This document shows, piece by piece, positions 17,661 to 26,644 of a stretch of 64,000 nucleotides of DNA (the first letter of the stretch is position 1; every line of letters begins with the position of its first letter). Made by a program: the position numbers and the translations under genes. The DNA comes from an uncultured Acetobacteraceae bacterium. Lineage in GTDB: Bacteria > Pseudomonadota > Alphaproteobacteria > Acetobacterales > Acetobacteraceae. Location: contig CAXTCN010000012.1 in the NCBI GenBank assembly GCA_964242575.1, positions 3,204 to 67,203 of the forward strand. The letters run 5' to 3'. The notes under the pieces were generated by a model. The model had not been told where the DNA came from. It searched no databases and saw only the letters and a program-made list of their open reading frames with translations.

Positions 17661-18077
17661 ATGGACCGGGTTGAGGATTGCATTTCGTTCCTGGTGAACA
17701 AGGCGGCGCAGTCGGTGTCGCGGCGGGCGCGCGACGGCTTGGCCGCGCATGGGGTGACGCCGACGCAGTTCGCGCTGCTGAAGGTGCTGTGGGAGCGGGA
17801 CGGGCAGTGCGGCGCGGACGTGGGCGCGCGGCTCATGGTGGACAGCGCGACCATGACCGGGGTGCTGGACCGGCTGGAGGCGGCCGGGCTGGTGGAGCGG
17901 CAGGCGTGCGCGGGGGATCGGCGGGTGCAGCGGCTGCACGTGACCGGGCGCGGCCATGCGGTGCGGCCGGAGCTGGAGGCCGCGATGGAGCAGGTGAACG
18001 AGGACGTGGCGCGGGAGCTGGGCGGGGCCGCCCCGGCGGTGTGGTCGGCACTGCGCCGGCTGGGCGAAGCGCGGTGA
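17661..18077 (+). CDS. MarR-family transcriptional regulator
   Basis: ...HGVTPTQFALLKVLWERDG...GARLMVDSATMTGVLDRLEAAGLVERQ...DRRVQRLHVT is the winged HTH of MarR. Confidence 0.85.
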   Translation: MDRVEDCISFLVNKAAQSVSRRARDGLAAHGVTPTQFALLKVLWERDGQCGADVGARLMVDSATMTGVLDRLEAAGLVERQACAGDRRVQRLHVTGRGHAVRPELEAAMEQVNEDVARELGGAAPAVWSALRRLGEAR

Positions 18078-18781
18078 GGCGTTGGATATGGGCGTTGTTG
18101 GCGTTGGCCGGGCCGGCACAGGCGCAGGGGTTTTATGAGGGCCGGGCCATCGTGACCGGCATGGACCAGCGCAGCCGCCCGGACGGGTTGCGCGCCGGGT
18201 TGGCGCAGGTGCTGGCGCGCGTGGCGGGGGACCCGGCGTTGCTCGATGACCCGCGCGTGGCGGCGCTGGACCCTGGGCCGACGCTGGTGGGTTTTGCCTA
18301 TTTGGACCGCATGTCCGACTTGCCGCGGCAGGACGAACAGGGGTCGCGCGACCGTCCTTATGACTTGGTGGCGCAGTTCGACCCGGCCGCCATCGCGGCG
18401 GCGCTGCGCGGGTTGGGCCGGACGGTGTGGCCCGAGGCGGCACGGCCGGTGCTGACGGTTGCCGTTTCCGTGACGCCGCGGGTGGGCGACGCTTTCACCT
18501 TGGCGCCGGACACCGACGTGGACGAACGGCACCGAGCGGCGCTGCTGGTGGCGGGCGCGCGGTTCGGCATGGCGCTGCGGATTGATGCGGCACCGGCGCT
18601 GGACGCGCGGGCGCTGCGGGGTGCGCTGGCGTGGGAGGACGGCGGCTGGCGGGCGTCGTGGAGCATTTTGGCTTCGGGCCGCACCCAGGAATGGACGATC
18701 GCCGGCGTGGGGTTCGACGCGGCGTATCGCAACGGCGTCGGCGGCGCGGCGCGGGCGCTTTCGGCTGAGTGGGCGAAATAA
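18074..18781 (+). CDS. DUF2066-like secreted protein
   Basis: GTG 18074 overlaps the marR stop. Signal peptide WIWALLALAGPAQAQG followed by FYEGRAIVTG..., typical of DUF2066. Confidence 0.55.
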   Translation: MRRWIWALLALAGPAQAQGFYEGRAIVTGMDQRSRPDGLRAGLAQVLARVAGDPALLDDPRVAALDPGPTLVGFAYLDRMSDLPRQDEQGSRDRPYDLVAQFDPAAIAAALRGLGRTVWPEAARPVLTVAVSVTPRVGDAFTLAPDTDVDERHRAALLVAGARFGMALRIDAAPALDARALRGALAWEDGGWRASWSILASGRTQEWTIAGVGFDAAYRNGVGGAARALSAEWAK

Positions 18782-18792
18782 GGGGCATCGGC

Positions 18793-20085
18793 ATGGCACG
18801 CATTCATCCGGCTTGGCGCGTGGCGGCGGTCACGTTCGTGGTGCTGCTGGTGGCGGCCGGCATCCGGTCCGCGCCCGGGGTGCTGATCGTGCCCTTGGAA
18901 GGCGAGTTCGGCTGGTCGCGCGCCACGACGGGTTTCGCGGTGGCGGTGAACATCGTGCTGTATGGGCTGGCCGGGCCGTTCGCGGCGGCCATCATCGAGC
19001 GGTTCGGCCTGCGGCGCACCGTCGGGACCGCGCTCGCTATCATGGCGCTGGGCGTCGGCCTCACGCCGTTCATGACGCAGCCCTGGCATTTGGTGGCGCT
19101 GTGGGGCGTCGTGGTGGGGGGTGCCTCTGGCGTGACAGCGCTGGTGCTGGCGACCACGGTGGCGAGCCGCTGGTTCTCGGCCCGGCGCGGCCTGGTGGTG
19201 GGCCTGCTGACCGCCAGCACGGCGACGGGGCAGCTCGTGTTCCTGCCGCTGCTGGCGCACCTGGCCAGCACGGTGGGGTGGCGGGCCATCAGCCTGTTGC
19301 TGGCGTGCGTGGCGGCGGCGTTGATCTTGCCGGTGCTGGGGTTCATGCGGGACCGGCCGGTGGATTTGGGCATCCCGCCGTATGGCGGCACGGCGGTGGT
19401 GCCGCGCGTCCGGCCCACCGTGAACCCGGCCGTGCGCGCCATGCTGGCGTTGCGCGACGGGCTGCGGTCCGGGGATTTCTGGCTGCTGGGCGGCACGTTC
19501 TTCGTGTGCGGCGCCAGCACCAACGGGCTGATCGGCACGCATTTGATCCCGGCGTGCATCGACAACGGCATCCCCGAGGTGATGGCGGCCGGGCTGCTGG
19601 CGGCGATGGGGGTGTTCGACATGGTGGGCACCACGCTGTCCGGCTGGCTGTCGGACCGGTATGACAACCGGGTTTTATTGGCGTGGTACTATGGGTTCCG
19701 CGGATTGAGCCTGCTGTTCCTGCCGTTCGCCTTGGCGGGCGGGCTGTTCGGGCCGGCCGGTCCGACGCCGTTGCTGTTGGGCATCTTTGCGGTGTTCTAC
19801 GGGCTGGACTGGATTGCGACGGTGCCGCCCACGGTGCGGCTGGCGGCGCGGTGTTTCGGCGAGGAGAACGCTCCGGTTATGTTCGGCTGGATCGCGTGCA
19901 TGCACCAGTTGGGCGCGGGCATGGCGGCGTGGGGCGCCGGGCTGATCCGCGTGGAGGCCGGGACCTACGTGCCGGCGTTCCTGGCGGCGGGGGCGCTTTG
20001 TTTGGTGGCGAGCGTCATGGTGGCGTTCATTGGCGGGGACCGGCGTGCGGTGGCGGGGGCGCCGGTTCCTGGGGCGGCGGCTTAG
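18793..20085 (+). CDS. MFS transporter
   Basis: About 12 hydrophobic segments and an ...IIERFGLRRT... loop 2-3 motif. ATG at 18793. Confidence 0.8.
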   Translation: MARIHPAWRVAAVTFVVLLVAAGIRSAPGVLIVPLEGEFGWSRATTGFAVAVNIVLYGLAGPFAAAIIERFGLRRTVGTALAIMALGVGLTPFMTQPWHLVALWGVVVGGASGVTALVLATTVASRWFSARRGLVVGLLTASTATGQLVFLPLLAHLASTVGWRAISLLLACVAAALILPVLGFMRDRPVDLGIPPYGGTAVVPRVRPTVNPAVRAMLALRDGLRSGDFWLLGGTFFVCGASTNGLIGTHLIPACIDNGIPEVMAAGLLAAMGVFDMVGTTLSGWLSDRYDNRVLLAWYYGFRGLSLLFLPFALAGGLFGPAGPTPLLLGIFAVFYGLDWIATVPPTVRLAARCFGEENAPVMFGWIACMHQLGAGMAAWGAGLIRVEAGTYVPAFLAAGALCLVASVMVAFIGGDRRAVAGAPVPGAAA

Positions 20086-20240
20086 CGCACCAGCCAGGCC
20101 GGGACGCTGGACAGCATAGGCTTGCCCAGGGTTCGGGCGATTGGGCTTGTGAGCGCCGGATACTTGCAACGAACGGCATTGCTGGTTGTGCGATGCTGGC
20201 GGGCACGCACTTCCGGGTGGGTGCGTGATGCGGATGATGC

Positions 20241-20264
20241 GCGTGAGCGTGAGCGTGAGCGTGA
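20241..20264. repeat. Hexanucleotide microsatellite (GCGTGA)x4
   Basis: Four perfect tandem copies, flanked by degenerate copies, about 100 bp upstream of the large ORF. Confidence 0.8.
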
Positions 20265-20365
20265 GGCGCAAGTGGGCGGACGGCCGTCATGCGATAGATG
20301 ATCCGGTGCCTGCACAATCATAAGTTGCTGTCGCAAAAGTTCGTCAGCAGCTTGACAATTCCGAG

Positions 20366-23300
20366 TTGTTTATGGTGCGATACCGCAATGAGGCCTATGG
20401 CGGGCCGCTCGCGTCGATAGCCGGCCGCGTCAGCGCTGGCAGCAGGGTTATGGTCATGGGAGCGATTGCCGAGTACGCCAAGGCTGCAGCTGCCGTTGCA
20501 AAGGATGCAGCCGCCGTTGCAGCCGTTGTCGCCAAGGATGCAGCAGCCGTTGCAGCCGTTGCTGTTGGGCTTTCAGTGCTGGCCTGGGTGATTGGCGTTG
20601 GCATTATTAGGTTGTGGCGCGGCAAGCGGGCTCCATTCGGTCTTGCGCCCTTTGTGGCTGCGCCTGAGTTGGATGCCAGCATCGGACCTATTGTCCGCAT
20701 GGCGCTCCTTATGGAGTTACGGCGGGCGTCCGCACTCTGGCATCAGCAGGTCCGTAAGCCACGGGATGGGAACGGGGGAAATGGCAGCGGGAACAAGGAA
20801 CTGCTCAGGATCGAGATAGCGACCCGGGGGCAAGTTCGCGCGATGCCGAGCTCAAGCTTGTCGCTCGTTTCCACTCCTTGGTCGAGCGGCACGGCCAGCG
20901 ACTACGAGAGCCTAAGGGGCAGATGGGACACATTGCCCGACGCTGCAGTCAGCCGCGTTTTGCCGCAATGGAGTGAGCCGAAGTCGTCTCTGCTTTCAAG
21001 CCATGTCTCGGCGCCCTCTTCCAAGTTCGAGAGCGACGCGATCGAGATTGGAAGCGCTGGCACGAAAATCGCCGTGCTGAAGTTGGCCAAAGCGCTGTGG
21101 AGGTGGAAACCGGACAAGTACGAACGCGAGGTTGAAGGATACATGGGGTGCCTCGACGGCCACCTGCGCGCGACCGCAGTGGTAAGGCCAAAAAGGTTCA
21201 TTGTTCGCACGCGTTCCCGGCTGGGGGAGCGCATCGGTCGCGCGTGCCGCTGGCTGGGAAGGCTGGGGGTTCGGGCGTGTCGTCGGCTGGGGGAGCGTGT
21301 CGTTCGCGCGTGCATCTGGCTGGGGGAGCGCATGGATCGCGCGTGCCGCGGGCTTGGAGAGCGCATGGATCGGGCGTGTTCCTGGTTCGAAGGGCCGGTG
21401 GTCCGGGCCTGCCGCTGGCTGGGGACGCGCATGAACTGGGCGTGCGTCTGGTTGGAGGGGCCGGTGGTCCGGGCCTGCCGCTGGCTGGGGGAGCGCATGG
21501 ATCGCGCGTGTTCCTGGTTGGAAGGGCCGGTGGTCCGGGCCTGTCGCTGGCTAGGGGAGCGCATGGACTGGGCGTGCATCTGGTTGGAGGGGCCGGTGCA
21601 TCGGGCCTGCCGCTGGCTCGCGGGGCACATCGTTCACGCGCCTCGCTGGCTGAAGGGGCGCCTAGTTCGTGCGCGTCGCTGGCTGGAGGGGCGCATAGTC
21701 CGCGTGCCTCGCTGGCTGGGTTTACTCAGGCCGCAGGGGGTTATGGGCCACCATGGCATCAAGGCCTGGGAGACGCGGGAACATGAGTGCGCGGCAAGGC
21801 TGGTGCATCCGGTGAGCGTCGCGGAACGAACGGGGGGACCGGGCGGGGCGGCGAGGGCGGCTGGACCCGATAATGCCGGGAAGGCCACGTCGGCCGACGT
21901 TGTTGAGAGGGCCGCCGAGCTTGGAGTCGAGCTGGCCTACAGGATACTGGCTGGCGGGACGGACGCTGGCTGGCAGGCGGACAAGCATTACGTCGCCGCC
22001 GTGGCGTGCTACAACCTTGGCGTAAGCAACGGCAAGAGCGAGCCACTGCGCCAAACTCTTGAACGCGTGAAGGAAATACGCAGGATCAGCCCAGGTTACG
22101 AACGCCTGCCGAACCTGATGATCGCAGTCTCCGACGAGCTGCTCAAGTTGCAGGACATCGAAGGCGCAGAGCAGGCGCTGCTTGCCGTGACGTCCGACTA
22201 CGACGCGCCCGGCAACACAGGTGCGGCAAGAACGCGGGTATGGGAGCGATCTGAGCGTGAGCGGATATACGAAAGCGAACGGATAGAGATTTTTTCGCGT
22301 CTAAGTTCGATTTACATCCGAAAAGGCAACCGCAAGGCAGCCAACTCAGCGCTGAAGCAATCCGAAGGTCTGGTGGAACGCAGTCCGAACAAAGCGGATT
22401 ATAATGATTACGTGAGGCAAGTAATAAGCCCAATTTCGGCTGCGCTCATGGCCTTGCCGAACGAAGACAGTGGTGAGACAGAAGATAACGACAGAATAAA
22501 AGCACAGAAAATTGTTGAGAGTTTGGTAACGGATATATACTCTGAAACTTCAAAGCCTATTTTCATCATACAGAAAAACAACGATAGTGAAATTAAACAA
22601 GGTCTGCGTGATATTGAAATTGCTGATCAGTTAGCAAAAATACACTTCAATGCAGATGCACTCGCAAGATACTTGAGTGCAGAGAGCACGCTTGGAAAGT
22701 TCGACCAGTTCAAAAATAATATGAGGTATATCCACTGGCGTCGTGGTGTTATGCATCAATTCACTTATCTTGAGGGTCGTCGCAAGGCCGAGGCTTCAGC
22801 CTTGGAATTTAGAAAGATTTGGAGGAAGTTGAGTGTGCATTTCGAACTGAAAGATAGCAGTGCAAAGAAAAAATTCGACGAGCTGTTTGAACAAGCGCCA
22901 AACTGGTTGCGTAACACAAAGGATTGGAGGAGAGAGTCCATACAAATAACGAAGATCGACGAGCACCGTAAAAAGGAACAACTAGCTCGCCTTAATGGAC
23001 AGCGAGATCGCCTTATTAGAAGCTTTGATGAATGTGCTCTAATTATAGCGCCAGCCAAAGAGGAAGAAAAAGACAAAGCAGAACAAGAAACAAAGACGTC
23101 GGAGTCTGTCGAGTGGTTAACTCAAGCAAGAACCTGCCTCGAAGCATTCTTGGAAGAATCTAATCAGGCCAAGACGGGTTTCAGTGATGCAGAGGACGCT
23201 TTCAGAGAAGCTACAATAGAAGCTGAAAGAATAGATCTGCTGCCTGGCCGGCGGCGCAAAAGAGTATTCGATTTATTTAACAAAAATAACAGAATCAGCG

Positions 23301-24496
23301 AAGAAAAACAAGAGAGCGATAAGTGGTACGTAGTCGAAGCATGGAATGATTTGGGGGTATTGCTTTCTGCAACAGATCGCCTTCCCGATGCTAAAGAAGA
23401 ACTCAATAAGGCATCACGCAAGGTAGCGACGGAGTGGGATATACAGCATAACCTCGCCTTAGTGGAAAACAAGATTCTTGAAACGTATGGCGCTAAGCGG
23501 ACCGCCGATGCACCGAAACAGGCTAGTGACAACAAGAGCCCAACCACCTTTGGCAAGGTTGTCGGACTTTACCATGACGCCATAACGCTCGCGCCCGCCG
23601 AAGCGCTCCCAAGGATCAACCTGGCTCAGCTTCTTGAACGCACCGGCAAGCACGAGGCTGCCCGGTTGCATTTTGCCGCTGCCCAGGCAAACGCCGCCGC
23701 GAGACGCGGCGTCGATGCGCTGCACGACTTAAAGCAGTGCATCTACGGCCAGGCCCGCGTTCTCGAAAGGCTTGGGCGCTTTAAGGAGGCGGCGGACATC
23801 TTGGAGGCGCATCATACCGTTGAACCGGAAAACGCGGGCATCGAACTTTACCTGGGACTACTGAAACTTAGGCAGGGCATGGTCACTGACGGAGACGGCC
23901 ATGAGCAGGCGCTCATTCACGTCCGGCGTTCACGCGACGTCGCCGCGAGCAGCAAGACGAGCCACGACGATGAACTGATCGAGCGTCTGGCTGATGAAAA
24001 TGAAGGGTTCATCTATCGCTGCATGGGCTTGCCCCGGATAGCTCGATCATACTTCGAGCGTTGCAAAGACGAGAGCGCCTATGCGTGCGCAAGCCTGTCG
24101 TTCATGGCCTATGAGGCTGAAAAGCTGGACGATGAGAAGAAGTATAGAACGCAAGCCTCGAAGCTGAGAGATGAGAAAAAGAGTGCGAACTTAAACACGG
24201 GCGGCAACCAGAACAAAAACGCGTGCGCCGAGAACTACATTGAAGCGTGCTTCAATACCTTGATTGGAGACACTGACAAGGCTTTCGAGTCTCTTGAGAA
24301 AGCGCTGATCTGGCAGCCCGGAATACGGGAGTGGTGCCGGGTGGACCCTGATTTCAAGCGCATCGCTCATACCAAGCGCTTCCAGGAGTTGCTCGGGCCA
24401 AAAAGAAAACCGGCCAAGGAGAACGGCGAGCTCGCAGTCCCGCCCTCACCGCACCAGCCAGGCCACAACGGCGCCCAGGAAGGAGAAGCCCGCTAA
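20366..24496 (+). CDS. Very large membrane-anchored repeat protein with TPR-like helical C-terminal region
   Basis: Uninterrupted 1376 codons across GC-rich and AT-rich DNA. One TM segment (GLSVLAWVIGVGIIRLW), 15 x 11-aa repeats, and a C-terminus ending ...AFESLEKALIWQPGIREWCRVDPDFKRIAHTKRFQELLG, typical of TPR proteins. Start is uncertain (TTG 20366, ATG 20372 or 20450). Confidence 0.65.
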   Translation: MFMVRYRNEAYGGPLASIAGRVSAGSRVMVMGAIAEYAKAAAAVAKDAAAVAAVVAKDAAAVAAVAVGLSVLAWVIGVGIIRLWRGKRAPFGLAPFVAAPELDASIGPIVRMALLMELRRASALWHQQVRKPRDGNGGNGSGNKELLRIEIATRGQVRAMPSSSLSLVSTPWSSGTASDYESLRGRWDTLPDAAVSRVLPQWSEPKSSLLSSHVSAPSSKFESDAIEIGSAGTKIAVLKLAKALWRWKPDKYEREVEGYMGCLDGHLRATAVVRPKRFIVRTRSRLGERIGRACRWLGRLGVRACRRLGERVVRACIWLGERMDRACRGLGERMDRACSWFEGPVVRACRWLGTRMNWACVWLEGPVVRACRWLGERMDRACSWLEGPVVRACRWLGERMDWACIWLEGPVHRACRWLAGHIVHAPRWLKGRLVRARRWLEGRIVRVPRWLGLLRPQGVMGHHGIKAWETREHECAARLVHPVSVAERTGGPGGAARAAGPDNAGKATSADVVERAAELGVELAYRILAGGTDAGWQADKHYVAAVACYNLGVSNGKSEPLRQTLERVKEIRRISPGYERLPNLMIAVSDELLKLQDIEGAEQALLAVTSDYDAPGNTGAARTRVWERSERERIYESERIEIFSRLSSIYIRKGNRKAANSALKQSEGLVERSPNKADYNDYVRQVISPISAALMALPNEDSGETEDNDRIKAQKIVESLVTDIYSETSKPIFIIQKNNDSEIKQGLRDIEIADQLAKIHFNADALARYLSAESTLGKFDQFKNNMRYIHWRRGVMHQFTYLEGRRKAEASALEFRKIWRKLSVHFELKDSSAKKKFDELFEQAPNWLRNTKDWRRESIQITKIDEHRKKEQLARLNGQRDRLIRSFDECALIIAPAKEEEKDKAEQETKTSESVEWLTQARTCLEAFLEESNQAKTGFSDAEDAFREATIEAERIDLLPGRRRKRVFDLFNKNNRISEEKQESDKWYVVEAWNDLGVLLSATDRLPDAKEELNKASRKVATEWDIQHNLALVENKILETYGAKRTADAPKQASDNKSPTTFGKVVGLYHDAITLAPAEALPRINLAQLLERTGKHEAARLHFAAAQANAAARRGVDALHDLKQCIYGQARVLERLGRFKEAADILEAHHTVEPENAGIELYLGLLKLRQGMVTDGDGHEQALIHVRRSRDVAASSKTSHDDELIERLADENEGFIYRCMGLPRIARSYFERCKDESAYACASLSFMAYEAEKLDDEKKYRTQASKLRDEKKSANLNTGGNQNKNACAENYIEACFNTLIGDTDKAFESLEKALIWQPGIREWCRVDPDFKRIAHTKRFQELLGPKRKPAKENGELAVPPSPHQPGHNGAQEGEAR
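21221..21715 (+). repeat. 15 tandem 33-bp (11-codon) repeats inside the large ORF
   Basis: Units LGERMDRACSW / LEGPVVRACRW alternate, giving a 66-bp super-repeat in the centre with degenerate edges. Confidence 0.9.
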
Positions 24497-24583
24497 TATC
24501 AGAATGGCGCGCAACGCGCCGCCCTGTAGCGTGGGGCCGAGCACGGTGCGTAGGACATTGTCGCTGGGATTGTTGTTGGCCAT
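24446..24583 (-). CDS. Possible 45-aa membrane peptide
   Basis: Below the track cutoff. ATG at 24583 is preceded by GAAGGAA. MANNNPSDNVLRTVLGPTLQGGALRAILILAGFSFLGAVVAWLVR. Overlaps the 3' end of the large ORF by 51 nt. Confidence 0.3.
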   Translation of the reverse strand: MANNNPSDNVLRTVLGPTLQGGALRAILILAGFSFLGAVVAWLVR

Positions 24584-24744
24584 CGGGAATTCCTTCTGCG
24601 AACGCTGGATACAGGCCGCCGCGCCGGTTGTGAAGCGCAGCGCCCATGCAGCATTAACGCTTTAGCAAGCTATCCCTTGTAGGTTTAGCTGGACCAAGGT
24701 GATACACAAAGCCAGGTTCGGAACACGGGGTGCGACAACCGGCC

Positions 24745-25608
24745 ATGCGGATCGCGGCGCTGACGATGGTTTACAACGAGCCGCTGTGGGCCAAGGCGTG
24801 GGCGCGGCACTATGCGGCGGAGCTGGGGGCGGAGCATTGCGTGATGCTCGACCATGGCTCCGACGACGGCAGCACGGCGGCGGACCGGTTGGGCGCGCCG
24901 GTGCGGGTGGAGCGGCTGCACCGGTCGCCGTTGGATGAGGAGTGGCGGCTGCGGGTGGTGACGGCGCGGGTGCGGGGGTTGCTGCGCGAGTACGACGCGG
25001 TGTTCCACTCGGACGTGGACGAGCTGCTGGTCGCGGACCCGGCGCGCTATGCCGGCCTGCGCGCGTTGGCGGAGGGCACAACCGCGCCGGTGCTGACGGC
25101 GGTGGGGCTGGACGTGCAGCACATGCCGGACGAGGCGGCGCTGGACCCTGGGCGGCCGGTGGGCGCGCAGCGGAGCTGGGTGCGGTTTTCGGCGGCGATG
25201 TGCAAGCCGGCGCTGGTGCGCCATCCCGTCGCGTGGTGCCCGGGGTTCCACAGCAGCGACGCGGACTTGATTTTCGATGGGTTGTACCTGTTGCATATGC
25301 GCTATGCGGATTTGGACGCCGGGCTGCTGCGGCTGGCGCGGACGCGGGGCCAGGCGTTCGCCGGGCCGGAGGTGGCGGTGCACCAGCGGGTGACGGACAC
25401 GGAGTTTGCGGCGATGATGCGCGCCATCGCCGGCCTGCCGCGGGGGACAGGCGAGCTTGACCCGGCCGCTGCGCCGTTGGCGCCCTGGCTCGACCGGCTG
25501 CGGCAGTCGCGCGCGGCGCGGGAGACGGAGCGGTTCAAGCTGGACTTGGCGCTGTCCGGCAACGAGCTTTGGCAGGCTGGCCGGCTGTTGCGGGCGGTGC
25601 GCGGCTAG
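24745..25608 (+). CDS. Glycosyltransferase family 2-like protein
   Basis: MRIAALTMVYNEPLW...VMLDHGSDDGS...FHSDVDELL is a GT-A-type N-terminus with a DxD motif. Confidence 0.6.
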   Translation: MRIAALTMVYNEPLWAKAWARHYAAELGAEHCVMLDHGSDDGSTAADRLGAPVRVERLHRSPLDEEWRLRVVTARVRGLLREYDAVFHSDVDELLVADPARYAGLRALAEGTTAPVLTAVGLDVQHMPDEAALDPGRPVGAQRSWVRFSAAMCKPALVRHPVAWCPGFHSSDADLIFDGLYLLHMRYADLDAGLLRLARTRGQAFAGPEVAVHQRVTDTEFAAMMRAIAGLPRGTGELDPAAAPLAPWLDRLRQSRAARETERFKLDLALSGNELWQAGRLLRAVRG

Positions 25609-26123
25609 GCGCGAGGGCAATGCCGCACCATGTCATGACGCACGACGTATGGGGATTGGGGATGACGGAGCGCAATACTCGGGCACGGGCGGTGGCGATC
25701 GCGTTGCGGCGGCAACGGCCGGACCCCGCGCCGTGGTGGATGTGGGCGGTGCTGGCGGTGGGCTTGTCGTTGGCGGCGGCGTCGTCGGCACGGGCGCAGC
25801 CGGCGGTGCCGGGGACCGGGCCGGGCGCGCAGCCCATCCCGGAGGTGGTGCGGCCCGGCGCGCCGACCTTGCCGCCGGGCGCAGGCGGGGACACCGGCCT
25901 GACGCAGCCCAGGAGCGAGACGCCGTCCGTGCCGGGCACCGGCGATGCGGCGCGGCCGGTGCCGGACGCGGGCGTGGTCGCGCCGGTGCCGCGCGGGACG
26001 ATCACGCCGCCGGCGGGCGCGGGCGGCGACACTCCGGTGATCCGGCCGCCATCGGCCAGCACGATGCCGGTGATCCGGCCGCCGGGCAGCCCGGGCGGCA
26101 ATCCGGACGTGGTGCCGAAGTAG
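25569..26123 (+). CDS. Pro/Gly-rich secreted or anchored protein
   Basis: Hydrophobic anchor WWMWAVLAVGLSLAAASSARA, then repeated PPGAGGDTG / PVIRPP strings. Start is uncertain. Confidence 0.4.
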   Translation: MAGWPAVAGGARLGARAMPHHVMTHDVWGLGMTERNTRARAVAIALRRQRPDPAPWWMWAVLAVGLSLAAASSARAQPAVPGTGPGAQPIPEVVRPGAPTLPPGAGGDTGLTQPRSETPSVPGTGDAARPVPDAGVVAPVPRGTITPPAGAGGDTPVIRPPSASTMPVIRPPGSPGGNPDVVPK

Positions 26124-26130
26124 GGCCGCG

Positions 26131-26481
26131 TCAGCGCGCCGGCGCAGCCAGGGCAAACGTGCAACGGGGGGTCACGTACTCCCCGGTCGCGGCCTCGCGC
26201 GTCCACTTGGCATTAAGCCGGGTCGTATAGGGCTGGCGGTCCGCGCCCCGGACGGTGCGCTCCGCGGTGATGGCGCCGTCGGCGGTGGCGGTGCCCTTGA
26301 GGGTCCATGTGCCCTCGTCCGGGTTGAACACCACCGCGCCGTCACGCAGCACCAGGGTCGCTTGGCTGGCGCGGCAGGCGGCGGAGGGTGCTGCGGGCGT
26401 CAGCGTGCCGATGAAGCGCATCGACGGCGTGGCCGGGGTGGCGCAGGCGGAAAGCAGCAGCAGCGGGAGCATCGGGCGCAT
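26131..26481 (-). CDS. Small lipoprotein
   Basis: Internal ATG 26481: MRPMLPLLLLSAC lipobox. Confidence 0.55.
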   Translation of the reverse strand: MRPMLPLLLLSACATPATPSMRFIGTLTPAAPSAACRASQATLVLRDGAVVFNPDEGTWTLKGTATADGAITAERTVRGADRQPYTTRLNAKWTREAATGEYVTPRCTFALAAPAR

Positions 26482-26644
26482 CGCGGCGGCATAGCGCGGG
26501 CGTGCCGGGCCGGCCAGCGTTAACGTTCGTGCAAGCTTTGCGCGGTATCCCTCATGCAGGCAGTGAACAAGGAACGTCATGCGACAGGGTGCGTTGGCTG
26601 GTGGAAGCGGCCGCAAGCGGGCCGGGCGCTAACGGGGGGCTGGG

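Noticed and set aside
21221-21715. Regular 33-bp repeats considered as a CRISPR array.
   Set aside because: The repeats are contiguous with no spacers, are in frame within a long ORF, and diverge at third codon positions. No cas genes are nearby.
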